Assembly (NCBI GenBank): GCA_964490215.1
Contig: CAZBAM010000003.1
Location: forward strand, 1,489-65,488
DNA: 64,000 nucleotides
Reading direction: 5' to 3'
DNA from: Candidatus Micrarchaeota archaeon
GTDB lineage: Archaea; Micrarchaeota; Micrarchaeia; Anstonellales; Bilamarchaeaceae
In this document: piece by piece, positions 37,480 through 47,019 of the stretch
Numbering within the stretch: the stretch's first letter is position 1
Layout of the letters: each line of letters starts with the position of its first letter
Program-made: the position numbers and the translations under genes
Notes under the pieces: generated by a model
Databases searched by the model: none
Told to the model about the DNA's origin: nothing
Seen by the model: only the letters and a program-made list of their open reading frames with translations

Positions 37480-37962
37480 GTGATGACAATGGCTGAAAAG
37501 GAAACAGGAAACCCGGCGCAGAAGGCCGGTCCAGACACCGAGAACAACGTGAAATGCAGCTTCTGCGGCAACGACGCGTCGTGCGACGAGTGCCGGAAGT
37601 CCCCGGACCAGTCGGCAGAGCACGTGTGCTACGAATGCTACCAGCAGATGGCCGGCCAGATGCCAGAGGGCAGGAAAATCCACGTGTGCATCCCGCCTGA
37701 CAAGATGGCCGAGATGTACAGCCGCTTCATTGACGACGTCACCAGCCATGCATTTGACGAGCTGTGGAACGCGGAAAAGAAGCGCATAAAGGAGCTGTCC
37801 AGGCAGGAAATCGCCCAGGCGTGCTTCTTTGAGGGCGCGCGGTTCATGCAGTCGTTCCTGCAGAAGATGCAGGCTGAAAACCAGGAGAAGGACGAAGAGA
37901 AAGGCGGGAGCGGGGAAAAGAAGGCGCAGGCTGTCCGGCAGGAGAAGGAAGAGAAAAAATGA
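37480..37962 (+). CDS. Cys-rich (putative Zn-binding) hypothetical protein between carA and carB
   Basis: CSFC..SCDEC..HVCYEC..HVC; charged C-terminus. Confidence 0.65.
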   Translation: MMTMAEKETGNPAQKAGPDTENNVKCSFCGNDASCDECRKSPDQSAEHVCYECYQQMAGQMPEGRKIHVCIPPDKMAEMYSRFIDDVTSHAFDELWNAEKKRIKELSRQEIAQACFFEGARFMQSFLQKMQAENQEKDEEKGGSGEKKAQAVRQEKEEKK

Positions 37963-38038
37963 GGAAAAATTGAGAAAAAACAGGAGAAAACAGTAAAAAA
38001 TAATAAAAAAAAGAAAAACGGGCGGAGTGGCATAGCCG

Positions 38039-41000
38039 ATGGAAAAACCGAAAAAAGTCCTCGTCATAGGCTCAGGGCCGATAGTCATAGGCCAGTCCGC
38101 TGAATTTGATTATTCCGGCGCACAGGCGTGCCGTGCGCTGCGCGAGGAGGGCGTGCAGGTGGTGCTGGTCAATTCCAACCCCGCGACCATCCAGACCGAC
38201 AAGGACACCGCGGACATCGTGTACATAGAGCCGCTCACGGCGCCTGTCATTGAGACGATAATAGCTAAGGAGAAGCCCGAAGGCATAATCGCGACCATGG
38301 GCGGGCAGACCGGCCTCAACCTCGCCATGGAACTCCACCGCGGCGGCGTGCTGAAGAAGCACGGCGTGCGGTTCCTCGGCACCGACGCCGGGGCCATAGA
38401 CGCTGCCGAGTCAAGGGAGAAGTTCAACCGCCTGATGGAAAAGCTGGGCATGCCAATCCTGCCCGGCAGGGTGGTGAAAGACGCCGCAGGCGCGGTGAAG
38501 TCCGCAGCCTCAATGGGATATCCGGTGATGGTCCGGCCGTCATTCACGCTCGGCGGCACAGGCGGCGGCACTGCCTACGACGAGAATGAACTGCTGAAGG
38601 TGATGGACCTCGCCCTGCGCCTGAGCGCCACCGGCGAGGCGCTGGTGGAGAAGAGCGTCATCGGCTGGGGCGAGTTTGAATACGAGGTCGTCAGGGACTC
38701 GCAGGGCAACGCGCAAATCATCTGCAACATGGAGAACGTGGACCCGATGGGCGTGCACACAGGCGAGAGCATAGTGGTCGCGCCGTCCCAGACGCTCAGC
38801 GACGCCGACCACCAGATGCTCCGCGACGCTGCCCTGAAAATCGCCCACGGCATAGGAATCCAGGGCGGCTGCAACGTCCAGTTCGCCATGAACCAGGAGA
38901 CCGGCGAATTCACGGTGATAGAGGTCAATCCCAGGCTGTCGCGCTCCTCTGCTCTGGCGTCCAAGGCCACCGGATACCCAATCGCCAGGGTGGCTACCAA
39001 GATAGCGCTCGGCCACAGCCTGCACGAGATACGAAACGCCATAACAGGCACCTCGGCAGCGTTTGAGCCTGCCCTTGACTACGTGGTCGTGAAAATCCCG
39101 CGCTGGCCATTTGACAAGTTCCCGAAAATCCCGCGCACCATAGGCACCCAGATGAAAAGCACAGGCGAGGTGATGGCCATAGGCCGCACCTTCCAGGAGG
39201 CGCTCAACAAGGCCATCCGCAGCCTTGAGGTCAAGATTCCTGCGAAGATAAACCCGGACGAGCACCTGTTCCCGCCGACAGACCAGCGGCTGTTCGCCCT
39301 GCTGGAGGCGCTCCGCACCGGAAGGAGCGTGGACGCGCTGCATGAAAAGACCTGGATAAACAGGTGGTTCCTCCACCGCATGGCCGGCATGGTCGCCATG
39401 GAGCGGAAAATCGCAGGCGGGAAGATGTCGCGGGAGCTCATGCTGGAGGCCAAGCGCAACGGATTCTCGGACGCGCAGGTCGCGGCGCTCACCGGCAGCG
39501 GAGAACTGGAGGTCAGGAAGCAGCGCAAGGGCTGGGGCATACTTCCCACCTACAAGATAGTTGACTCGTGCGCTGGCGAGTTCGCGGCCCTCACGCCCTA
39601 TTACTATTCAGTTTACGAGGGCGAGAACGAGGCAGGCCCGCTGGAAGGGAAGAAAATCGCGGTCATAGGCGCAGGGCCCATACGCATCGGCCAGGGCATA
39701 GAGTTTGACTACTGCTGCTCCCACGCTGCGTTCGCGCTGCGCGAGCTCGGCTGCAGGAGCATCATGATAAACAACAATCCCGAGACCGTGAGCACTGACT
39801 TTGACTCCAGCGACCGGCTCTACTTTGAGCCGCTCACGTTTGAGGACGTGATGAACGTGCTGGAGAACGAAAGCGCGGACGGCGTCATCGTCCAGCTCGG
39901 CGGGCAGACCAGCATAAACCTGGCTGAGAGGCTGCACGCGCAGGGCGCGAAGCTGCTTGGCACGCCGCTGGACGGCATAGACATAGCAGAGGACAGGGAG
40001 AGGTTCAGGGCGCTCGCCCACAAGCTCGGCATCCTCCAGCCTGAGAACGGCGTTGCAACAAGCGAGGCCCAGGCGCTTGAGGCAGCCTCGCGCATCGGCT
40101 ATCCGGTGGTGGTGAGGCCGAGCTACGTCATCGCCGGCAGGGCGATGGAGATAGTCTACAACGAGGAAGACCTGCGGGCCTACATCCACGACGCAGTGGA
40201 CGTCAGCATGAACCGGCCGGTGCTCATAGACAAGTACCTTGACAACGGCATAGAATGCGAGGTGGACGCGGTAAGCGACGGCAGCCGCGTCTTCATAGGC
40301 GGCATAATGGAGCACATAGAGCCTGCCGGCGTGCATTCCGGCGACGCTAACATCGTCCTCCCCTCGCTGCGGCTGACGCCGAAGGAGCTCGCGACCATAA
40401 CCGATTACACTGAAAAGATATCGCGGGCGCTCGGCATCGTCGGCCTCGTCAACATACAGTTCGTTGCCAGGAAGGGCCTGATATACGTCCTTGAGGCCAA
40501 CCCCCGCGCGAGCCGCACGGTGCCGTTCGTCAGCAAGGCGATTGGCATACCACTCACGAAACTCGCGGTCCGCGCGATGCTCGGCGGCAAGCTTCCCGAG
40601 GACTTAAGGGGAATCGGCGCGGGAACACGAACCGGCGCAGGGTCAGGAAGCGGCGCGGGAAGCAGTGCAAGCGAGACGAAGGCGAAACCCGGCCACTACG
40701 CCGTAAAGAGCGTGGTCTTCCCGTTCCTGAAGCTGCTGGGCGCTGACCTGCGGCTCGGCCCTGAGATGCGGAGCACCGGCGAGACGATGGGCATAGGAAG
40801 GACGTTTGAGATGGCCTACTACAAGGCGCTGCTGGCCGCCGGCATCAGGCTTGAGGAAGGCAGGAAGCACAGCGCGTTCCTGAGCGTGCGCGACGAGGAC
40901 AAGAAGGACGTGCCGAAGCTGGCAGCCATTCTCAAGAAACTGGGCTTCTCCATATACGGCACGCTGGGCACGGTGGGGGCAATAGCCGGAGCCATCACAG

Positions 41001-41251
41001 TGCCGAAAATCGGCAAGGGCCACCCTGACGCGCTGGAGCTGATAGAGTCCGGCACGGTGACTCTGGTGGTCAACACGCCGACGCGCGGGGGCAGGTCGCA
41101 CACGGACGGCTTCAGGATGCGCAGGGCGAGCCTCCAGAGCGGCATCCCGTGCATAACCAACCTCAGCACTGCCTACGAGCTGCTCAAGGCCATGGACATC
41201 CTCAGCAAGAAGGAGCTGGAGATAGAGCGCGTGGACAAATACTGGCGATGA
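38039..41251 (+). CDS. carB: Carbamoyl-phosphate synthase large subunit
   Basis: IGSGPIVIGQSAEFDYSG, duplicated ATP-grasp domains, IEVNPRLSRSSALASKATG, MGS-like C-terminal domain. Confidence 0.98.
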   Translation: MEKPKKVLVIGSGPIVIGQSAEFDYSGAQACRALREEGVQVVLVNSNPATIQTDKDTADIVYIEPLTAPVIETIIAKEKPEGIIATMGGQTGLNLAMELHRGGVLKKHGVRFLGTDAGAIDAAESREKFNRLMEKLGMPILPGRVVKDAAGAVKSAASMGYPVMVRPSFTLGGTGGGTAYDENELLKVMDLALRLSATGEALVEKSVIGWGEFEYEVVRDSQGNAQIICNMENVDPMGVHTGESIVVAPSQTLSDADHQMLRDAALKIAHGIGIQGGCNVQFAMNQETGEFTVIEVNPRLSRSSALASKATGYPIARVATKIALGHSLHEIRNAITGTSAAFEPALDYVVVKIPRWPFDKFPKIPRTIGTQMKSTGEVMAIGRTFQEALNKAIRSLEVKIPAKINPDEHLFPPTDQRLFALLEALRTGRSVDALHEKTWINRWFLHRMAGMVAMERKIAGGKMSRELMLEAKRNGFSDAQVAALTGSGELEVRKQRKGWGILPTYKIVDSCAGEFAALTPYYYSVYEGENEAGPLEGKKIAVIGAGPIRIGQGIEFDYCCSHAAFALRELGCRSIMINNNPETVSTDFDSSDRLYFEPLTFEDVMNVLENESADGVIVQLGGQTSINLAERLHAQGAKLLGTPLDGIDIAEDRERFRALAHKLGILQPENGVATSEAQALEAASRIGYPVVVRPSYVIAGRAMEIVYNEEDLRAYIHDAVDVSMNRPVLIDKYLDNGIECEVDAVSDGSRVFIGGIMEHIEPAGVHSGDANIVLPSLRLTPKELATITDYTEKISRALGIVGLVNIQFVARKGLIYVLEANPRASRTVPFVSKAIGIPLTKLAVRAMLGGKLPEDLRGIGAGTRTGAGSGSGAGSSASETKAKPGHYAVKSVVFPFLKLLGADLRLGPEMRSTGETMGIGRTFEMAYYKALLAAGIRLEEGRKHSAFLSVRDEDKKDVPKLAAILKKLGFSIYGTLGTVGAIAGAITVPKIGKGHPDALELIESGTVTLVVNTPTRGGRSHTDGFRMRRASLQSGIPCITNLSTAYELLKAMDILSKKELEIERVDKYWR

Positions 41252-41416
41252 CGACGGTTAGGGATGAGTCTCTATTGAGGCGAGGATACCGAGATAAGAT
41301 AAAGCGTTTTCTTGTGACTGGGTATCAATAGTGTGGCTGGGGACGAAAGAAACAAGGATTAAATAAGGATTTGGGAAAGCTGGTTGATGGCAAGACAGAA
41401 GTAAGGAGATGGGAAA

Positions 41417-42067
41417 ATGGCAAATAAGAAAACAGAAAAAGAGGCTTTGAAGTTTATACTTACTGAACAAAAAAACCAGACGCAAATTCTGTCTGATATT
41501 AAAGAGAAAATCAAAAAATCTAGTGCGACACAAATAGCTATGCTTGCATTGGGTATTTTAGAGATTATTGTTGGACTAGCATATCTGGGTTTTGTAAATC
41601 TAACTAAAAAGGAAGCTGAGTTAGTGAAGCATAATGAAATATCTACTTCTGAAAAATCGTCTTACCATATGCGTAAATCTACTACTCTCCTCACTGTCGG
41701 AAGCCTTTTTTTCTTATTGCTTATCACATCTTTGGGGTTTAACGTTAATGATTATCCAAATCTCAAGTTTGTGCAGTATTTTCTTATGGGTTTGTCACTG
41801 CTGGGTTTGGCTGCCATCTATGTCGGAATTATAGAACTATTTAGAAGCATGAAAGCAAGCGAAGAGTTTAACCCCGGAGTATTGTCGATTATTCCCCACC
41901 CACGTGTGTTAGGTTATTTTGTATTGGTTGGGATTTGGTTATGGGTAAGTTATACGCTTTTACCTAACTATCAGGATAATATAGTCCCATTAATAGTAGG
42001 AATTATCTTTGCTATTTTATTAATAGTATTGCCCCGGTCAGAAGTTGAAAAAACATTTAATAAATGA
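41417..42067 (+). CDS. Hypothetical multi-pass membrane protein
   Basis: 216 aa with about five hydrophobic segments; AT-rich codons. Confidence 0.65.
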   Translation: MANKKTEKEALKFILTEQKNQTQILSDIKEKIKKSSATQIAMLALGILEIIVGLAYLGFVNLTKKEAELVKHNEISTSEKSSYHMRKSTTLLTVGSLFFLLLITSLGFNVNDYPNLKFVQYFLMGLSLLGLAAIYVGIIELFRSMKASEEFNPGVLSIIPHPRVLGYFVLVGIWLWVSYTLLPNYQDNIVPLIVGIIFAILLIVLPRSEVEKTFNK

Positions 42068-42226
42068 TCAAGGTCGCTCGCCAGACCGTGATGACTTTTG
42101 TTGAAACTTCAACTCAGTGAATACATCCTGGTCGAAACTGTTTCAGTTAGCTTTCTGTGGGGGGTTCCCAAACCCGGGTCAACTAACGCCGCTTAATTAT
42201 CCGGGCTTGAATGCAAAATTCCATAC

Positions 42227-42967
42227 TTATCTGTCCCAAATATGAACTATTCTGTCAGGTTGGGATGAATCAGGTGGTGCTCGTAGAATTACAACTAAGA
42301 AAATGATTAAGATAATTAAAAACACTGCTCCGTAAAAGAAGTCACTAATGCTCTTACCAAAGTCTTTTGGTATTAGCGCTTTTTGATCTTCTAAAGACAT
42401 ACAAATTCCTTTTGAATCTCGTTTACCAGAGCCACATAGATAATCTGCATTGGCAGAGTCCCCATCGTTTAAGCATGCTTGCCCACTACCTTCTGGACAT
42501 TCTTTGCAAATACGAACTTCCAAAGTCCTATCTTCAGGAACTTGAGTAATTAAATTACCTGAATATGAAATTGAGATTCTTGAGGGATCAATTTGCATGG
42601 GCATATCTAAATTATTATTATATTTATCTGATGTAATTGTTTGTTTACCTAATGGAGCCAAATTTAAGGTGGTACTCGCGAGATTGCCTGCAAAATAGTA
42701 TGAAACAACGACGCTAATCGGGTGATTTATTTTATTTACTACATCAAATGAGTCTTGCCACACCCAATTATTGTTAAGTCCAACACGCGTTATTGTATTC
42801 TGTTTTGCATTTTCGATGACTACCGGCTGGTCTGGGATTTTCTCAGTACCCTGGTAATAATTAACGTAAACCACTTCAGTTTTATTCTCCGTGCTTCCAT
42901 ATTGACATGTAGTCGCAGCAAAAGTGAGTCCTACCAGAATTAGAAGAACTATGATAGAGAACTTCAT
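42227..42967 (-). CDS. Secreted, C-terminally membrane-anchored protein with Cys-rich segment
   Basis: Signal MKFSIIVLLILVGLTFAA; CKECPEG..CL..C..C; C-terminal TM FFYGAVFLIILIIFLVVILR. Confidence 0.65.
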   Translation of the reverse strand: MKFSIIVLLILVGLTFAATTCQYGSTENKTEVVYVNYYQGTEKIPDQPVVIENAKQNTITRVGLNNNWVWQDSFDVVNKINHPISVVVSYYFAGNLASTTLNLAPLGKQTITSDKYNNNLDMPMQIDPSRISISYSGNLITQVPEDRTLEVRICKECPEGSGQACLNDGDSANADYLCGSGKRDSKGICMSLEDQKALIPKDFGKSISDFFYGAVFLIILIIFLVVILRAPPDSSQPDRIVHIWDR

Positions 42968-43123
42968 ACTTTCTTTTCCCAATGCAATCTTAAATTCCTT
43001 TCGTTTTAGATAGCGTTGCATACTCCTTCTCCCCAGCCTTACTGGCGCTGATGCCGCGGCCGCCCCCCAACGTCATAACCCGGCATGCCATCGTTTTAAT
43101 ATTTTGCCCACACAATATGCTAC

Positions 43124-43696
43124 ATGGCCTTCAATCGCGCGTGGTGCGACGCCCGCCGCGGAAAACGCGGCTGCCTCATGCACCGCGAACTGAACAATCC
43201 ACTCCCACGCCTTCCGCGTGGCGTCATATCTACCGCGCGGCATGCCGGGCTGGCAGGCACGGCGCAGGAACTGGCGAAGCTCAGGCGCATGCTGAACAGG
43301 TACAAAAAAAGCCCCTGCGACGTATGCAGCTACCTCGGCGACAGGAATATGGAGCCCATGCAGAATCTTATAAATGCCGTGAAGCAGGCAAGCTGCAAGG
43401 CCGGATTTGAGCAGAAGAATATCCATGCCGCTGCGACGTCCAGTAGTAGCGGCGCGTCAGGCATCCACGGCTTTGTCCTGGCAGAGCCGGGCAAGGAGCC
43501 GGTGGCCATGGATTTCACGTTCACCAATGTCCGGAAGTTCCTGGCGGTCCGGTTTAAAGGGCTGTTCGGCGGCGAGCCCCTTGCCGTGCCGTGCAGGAGC
43601 GTCATCGCGCGCATTCACCCTTCCAGAGTGGAAATAGAGCGGGTGCTGAGGGACGTTGAAATAGATGTGGCTGCCGTACCAGCTCAAACTGATTAG
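43124..43696 (+). CDS. Hypothetical protein
   Basis: 190-aa ORF; no recognised motif. Confidence 0.4.
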   Translation: MAFNRAWCDARRGKRGCLMHRELNNPLPRLPRGVISTARHAGLAGTAQELAKLRRMLNRYKKSPCDVCSYLGDRNMEPMQNLINAVKQASCKAGFEQKNIHAAATSSSSGASGIHGFVLAEPGKEPVAMDFTFTNVRKFLAVRFKGLFGGEPLAVPCRSVIARIHPSRVEIERVLRDVEIDVAAVPAQTD

Positions 43697-43697
43697 C

Positions 43698-44855
43698 TCA
43701 GATGAAAATCCCGCACAGCAGCAACAGCGTCGGCACGATTATCGCGCCCATTAGCACTGTCCTTTCCACCCCCAGCCTTATCGTCAGCCAGCCGAGCGCA
43801 GTGGAAATCGCCAGCACGAGGATGCCTGTGCCGCCGTCAAGGAACAGCGTTATGGCTGCAAGGTAGGCCGCGAGTATTATGTTCGCCCTTGAGAAATCCA
43901 GGGACGCCAGCGCAGCCAGCTTCCTGCGCAACGCATAGACCGCAAATGACGAGAGCGCGATGCTCAGCAGGAAAAGCGCGAGCAGCAGCGGGAGGTTGTC
44001 CCCTATTTCCATGGCCTGCGAAAGCCATGCAGTGGCGCCCACCCTGGACTTGTCTATGGACGTGCTGGTGGAAAGCGAGAAGAGCGCCTGGCTCACGGAT
44101 ATGGAGCTCAGGGTTGCGAGATATCCGGCTGTGCTCACAGGCATGGCTATGGTTGCGAATGCAGCCACCTGTGCCGGCGAGCCTATGCCAGGCACGAGGT
44201 CTGCCAGCATGCCCAGAAGGACGCCTATCACGACGAACGGCACAAAGCCGAATCCAACTGGCTTGTCCGCCTGCGGCGGCACAGGCGTTTTCCTGTATGT
44301 AGCGATGGCTGCCATTGCGAACAGCCCTGAGAAAAGCGGCAGGAACGGGTCATAGACGCCGGTGTGCAGGGCGAACGTGCCGAGCATGCCGGCGGCGATG
44401 AACACCGCGCAGGCCGCTGCAGGAAGCTTGCTCCTCGCCACGAGCACGACTGACAGGGCGAGCAGGACGTATTTCATGTGCGGCCTTGCGAGCGCGTAGG
44501 CGGCAGGGAAAAAGCCGAGCGACGGCACGAACAGCGCGACCGAAAGCAGCGCGGCAAGCAGGCAGGAGATGAGCACGACCTTCAGCGCTGTTATGCCCTC
44601 GCCGTCCAGCAGCATCCTCTGGCCAGGCAGCACGGCGACCACCGTGGCGCGGTCAGGCACCCCGAAGAATATGGACGGGATGAAGGACGATACGAGGCTG
44701 GAGGGATAGAGCGAGATTATCATCACTGCCAGTGCCCGCCGGTCAGGCACGAGCGACGAGAGCACAGCGATGGCTGTGTTGGGATGAAGTCCCGGAAGCA
44801 GCCCGCTGACAAACCCGCATGCGACTCCTGCTACGAATGAAAGCGCATCATCCAT
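43698..44855 (-). CDS. TctA-like tripartite tricarboxylate transporter permease (archaeal DUF112 type)
   Basis: GFVSGLLPGLHPNT, FIPSIFFGVPD, VLPGQRML..GEG; many TM helices. Confidence 0.85.
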   Translation of the reverse strand: MDDALSFVAGVACGFVSGLLPGLHPNTAIAVLSSLVPDRRALAVMIISLYPSSLVSSFIPSIFFGVPDRATVVAVLPGQRMLLDGEGITALKVVLISCLLAALLSVALFVPSLGFFPAAYALARPHMKYVLLALSVVLVARSKLPAAACAVFIAAGMLGTFALHTGVYDPFLPLFSGLFAMAAIATYRKTPVPPQADKPVGFGFVPFVVIGVLLGMLADLVPGIGSPAQVAAFATIAMPVSTAGYLATLSSISVSQALFSLSTSTSIDKSRVGATAWLSQAMEIGDNLPLLLALFLLSIALSSFAVYALRRKLAALASLDFSRANIILAAYLAAITLFLDGGTGILVLAISTALGWLTIRLGVERTVLMGAIIVPTLLLLCGIFI

Positions 44856-44856
44856 C

Positions 44857-45062
44857 CTATCCCCCTGTTCTCCCTTTACTGTTTCCTGTTCCCCATTCCC
44901 GCTGGTTTCCGGCCCGGCGTTCGCGCCCCTCTTCCCCTTTCCCGCCCGCGTTTCGCGTTCCGTCGCAGTTCCCGCGCCCCGATTTCCCCTTTACTTCACG
45001 TGCGCTCTGCCCCGCGTTCCCTGGTTCCCCCTTTACTGTTTTCCATTCCCGCTTCCCGCCGT
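44857..45062. repeat. Pyrimidine-rich low-complexity spacer with degenerate internal repeats
   Basis: CCCTTTACTGTT and CCATTCCCGC each occur twice; strong strand asymmetry. Confidence 0.6.
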
Positions 45063-45068
45063 TTTGTG

Positions 45069-46373
45069 TCAGCCCAGCGCGACGTTCTTCACTCTTATAT
45101 GCGGCCCGCCGTCGCTCACAGGCACGCTCTGCCCGTTCTTGCCGCACATGCCAGGGCTGCCCCCGAAATCCTTTCCAACGCATTCAACGTCAAGGAGCGT
45201 CTGGAGTATGTTCCCGCTTATGGTGGTGTCCCGCACCAGCGCGGTTTTCTCGCCGCGCTTTATCAGCCAGGCCTGCTCGGCCCTGAACATGAAGCCGCCG
45301 GAGAAGGTGTCCACGCTGCCGCCTTTCATGCCCTTGAGATAGACGCCGTCCCGCACGCCGAAGACGTCGTCCGGCGACGCGTCGCCAGGCTGGAAATAGG
45401 TGTTGCTCATGCGGACTATGGGGACGGACCCGTATCCCTCTGCCCTGGCGTGGCCGTTGGGCTCGTGGCAGAGCGCCTTTGCCGTCTCCCTGGAATTGAT
45501 GAAGCCCCTGAGCACCCCGTGCTCCACGAGCACGGTCTTCCGCGCCCTTACGCCCTCGTCGTCATAGGCGTAGTTCCCGAAATCGTCCGCAGACGGGTCG
45601 TCTGCTATGCTGACCATGTCGTTTCCTATGGCCTTTCCAAGCCTGCCTGCAAGGATGGACTCCTTGTCCAGCACAGCGTCAGCCTCGCACGCGTGCCCGA
45701 CCGCCTCGTGGGAGAACACGCCTGTCATTTCAGGGTCCATGACCACCGTGAACCTGCCCCTGGGCGGCGGCGCAGCCTTGAGCAGGCCGAGCGCCTTGTC
45801 CCTTGCCTCGCCGGCCACGTCCATGTTGAGCCTGCCGAAGCCCTTGCGCGACCACGAACGCGACATCCCGCGCTGGATGAGGCTTCCGGAGCGCGCGGTG
45901 CACGCGCACGAAAGGTACGTGAATCCGGTTTCCTGGATTATCTCAGCGCCTTCCGAGCTGTAAAACTCCTGCACCGTGCGGCTGTCCGTGCACGAGAGCG
46001 TGCGCGCTGCGACGTTTTTCGCCTTCATACCCCTGCCGGCGTCCAGCAGCGCCTTCACCTGCGCCTCGCTGTCGCCCTGGGGCGGCCTGTCAGTTATGTG
46101 TTTCTTCTCCGGTGCTGGAACCGCCAGCGCTATCCCGCCCTTTCCCAGCAGCGCAAGCCGTTTCGCCCGCTGGAGCAGGATTTCCGGCGCCTCGCCGCGG
46201 TTGCTGGACGCGAAGCCCCAGGAGCCGTTCTCCAGCACGCGCACGCCCATCCCCACCTGCGAGCCTGAGGCGTGCCTGACCTCGTCGTTGGTTATCTGCA
46301 CCCAGGACTCCGTGCCCCGCTCTATGCGTACGTCAGCGTATCCGTATCCGGACAGGATCCTGTGGAATTCCAT
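45069..46373 (-). CDS. tldD: TldD/PmbA-family metalloprotease (TldD type)
   Basis: GMGVRVL.NGSWGFAS, FSHEAVGHACEAD (HExxxH), YDDEGV, PIVRMSNTYF, SDGGPH. Confidence 0.9.
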   Translation of the reverse strand: MEFHRILSGYGYADVRIERGTESWVQITNDEVRHASGSQVGMGVRVLENGSWGFASSNRGEAPEILLQRAKRLALLGKGGIALAVPAPEKKHITDRPPQGDSEAQVKALLDAGRGMKAKNVAARTLSCTDSRTVQEFYSSEGAEIIQETGFTYLSCACTARSGSLIQRGMSRSWSRKGFGRLNMDVAGEARDKALGLLKAAPPPRGRFTVVMDPEMTGVFSHEAVGHACEADAVLDKESILAGRLGKAIGNDMVSIADDPSADDFGNYAYDDEGVRARKTVLVEHGVLRGFINSRETAKALCHEPNGHARAEGYGSVPIVRMSNTYFQPGDASPDDVFGVRDGVYLKGMKGGSVDTFSGGFMFRAEQAWLIKRGEKTALVRDTTISGNILQTLLDVECVGKDFGGSPGMCGKNGQSVPVSDGGPHIRVKNVALG

Positions 46374-46697
46374 CTAAAGCAGCCGCCTGGCCTTCTCGGC
46401 ATATTCCAGGACGAGCCTCTTCTCCTCCTTCGTCCTTACCATGCCGCAGAATACGTGGCTGCCTACCGGTACCATGACGAGGACCGCGCTCTCAAACGCG
46501 AGTTCAATCTGCTTCTGCCTGTCCTCCATCTTCTTCATGAGGGCGTCGGACACGTTGCAGACCGAGGCGATGAGGCCCGGGCTCACCTCGTTGAGCGCCA
46601 GGGTGGAATGCACCGGAACGCCGTCCACCCGGACCAGCGCCCCTCCTATCCCCCTGCCCTTCATGTCGTTCAGGAGCGCTTCTATTTCAGTATGCAT
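46374..46697 (-). CDS. Roadblock/LC7 (MglB-like) domain protein
   Basis: GGALVRVDGVPVHST, helix, then beta-hairpin LVMVPVGSHVFCGMV; start ATG 46697. Confidence 0.65.
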   Translation of the reverse strand: MHTEIEALLNDMKGRGIGGALVRVDGVPVHSTLALNEVSPGLIASVCNVSDALMKKMEDRQKQIELAFESAVLVMVPVGSHVFCGMVRTKEEKRLVLEYAEKARRLL

Positions 46698-46779
46698 GCC
46701 ATCACATCCCGTTCCCTTATCCACGGCACCATAAAAATACTTTCGCTTTCCGGCGCCTGCGATGGTTTTATAATCTGAT

Positions 46780-47019
46780 ATGGGCACACATATGAGTATG
46801 AGCAGTGTCAACATATCCATAACCGAGGACGTCTACGGCCTCCTGAAGGCCCTCAGGAGGGAAGGCCAGAGCTTCTCTGACGTGATACGGAGCATGGTAG
46901 AGGAAAAGGACATAAGCAAGTGCTACGGCCTGCTCAGTGGCTACAAGGCAGAGCTGGCCACGGTGGAAACGGAGGCCCTCAAAGCCAGAAAGCAGAAATG
47001 GAAAGAGGCGGTTTTCTGA
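46780..47019 (+). CDS. vapB: VapB-type antitoxin
   Basis: NISITEDVY..LK...REGQSFSDVI pattern; overlaps PIN toxin. Confidence 0.85.
   Translation: MGTHMSMSSVNISITEDVYGLLKALRREGQSFSDVIRSMVEEKDISKCYGLLSGYKAELATVETEALKARKQKWKEAVF

Larger units (their letters stand above)
41252..43030. other. AT-rich horizontally acquired islet (two convergent membrane-protein genes)
   Basis: Abrupt switch to A/T-rich sequence and codon usage, returning to GC-rich at ~43030; no mobility gene. Confidence 0.75.
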
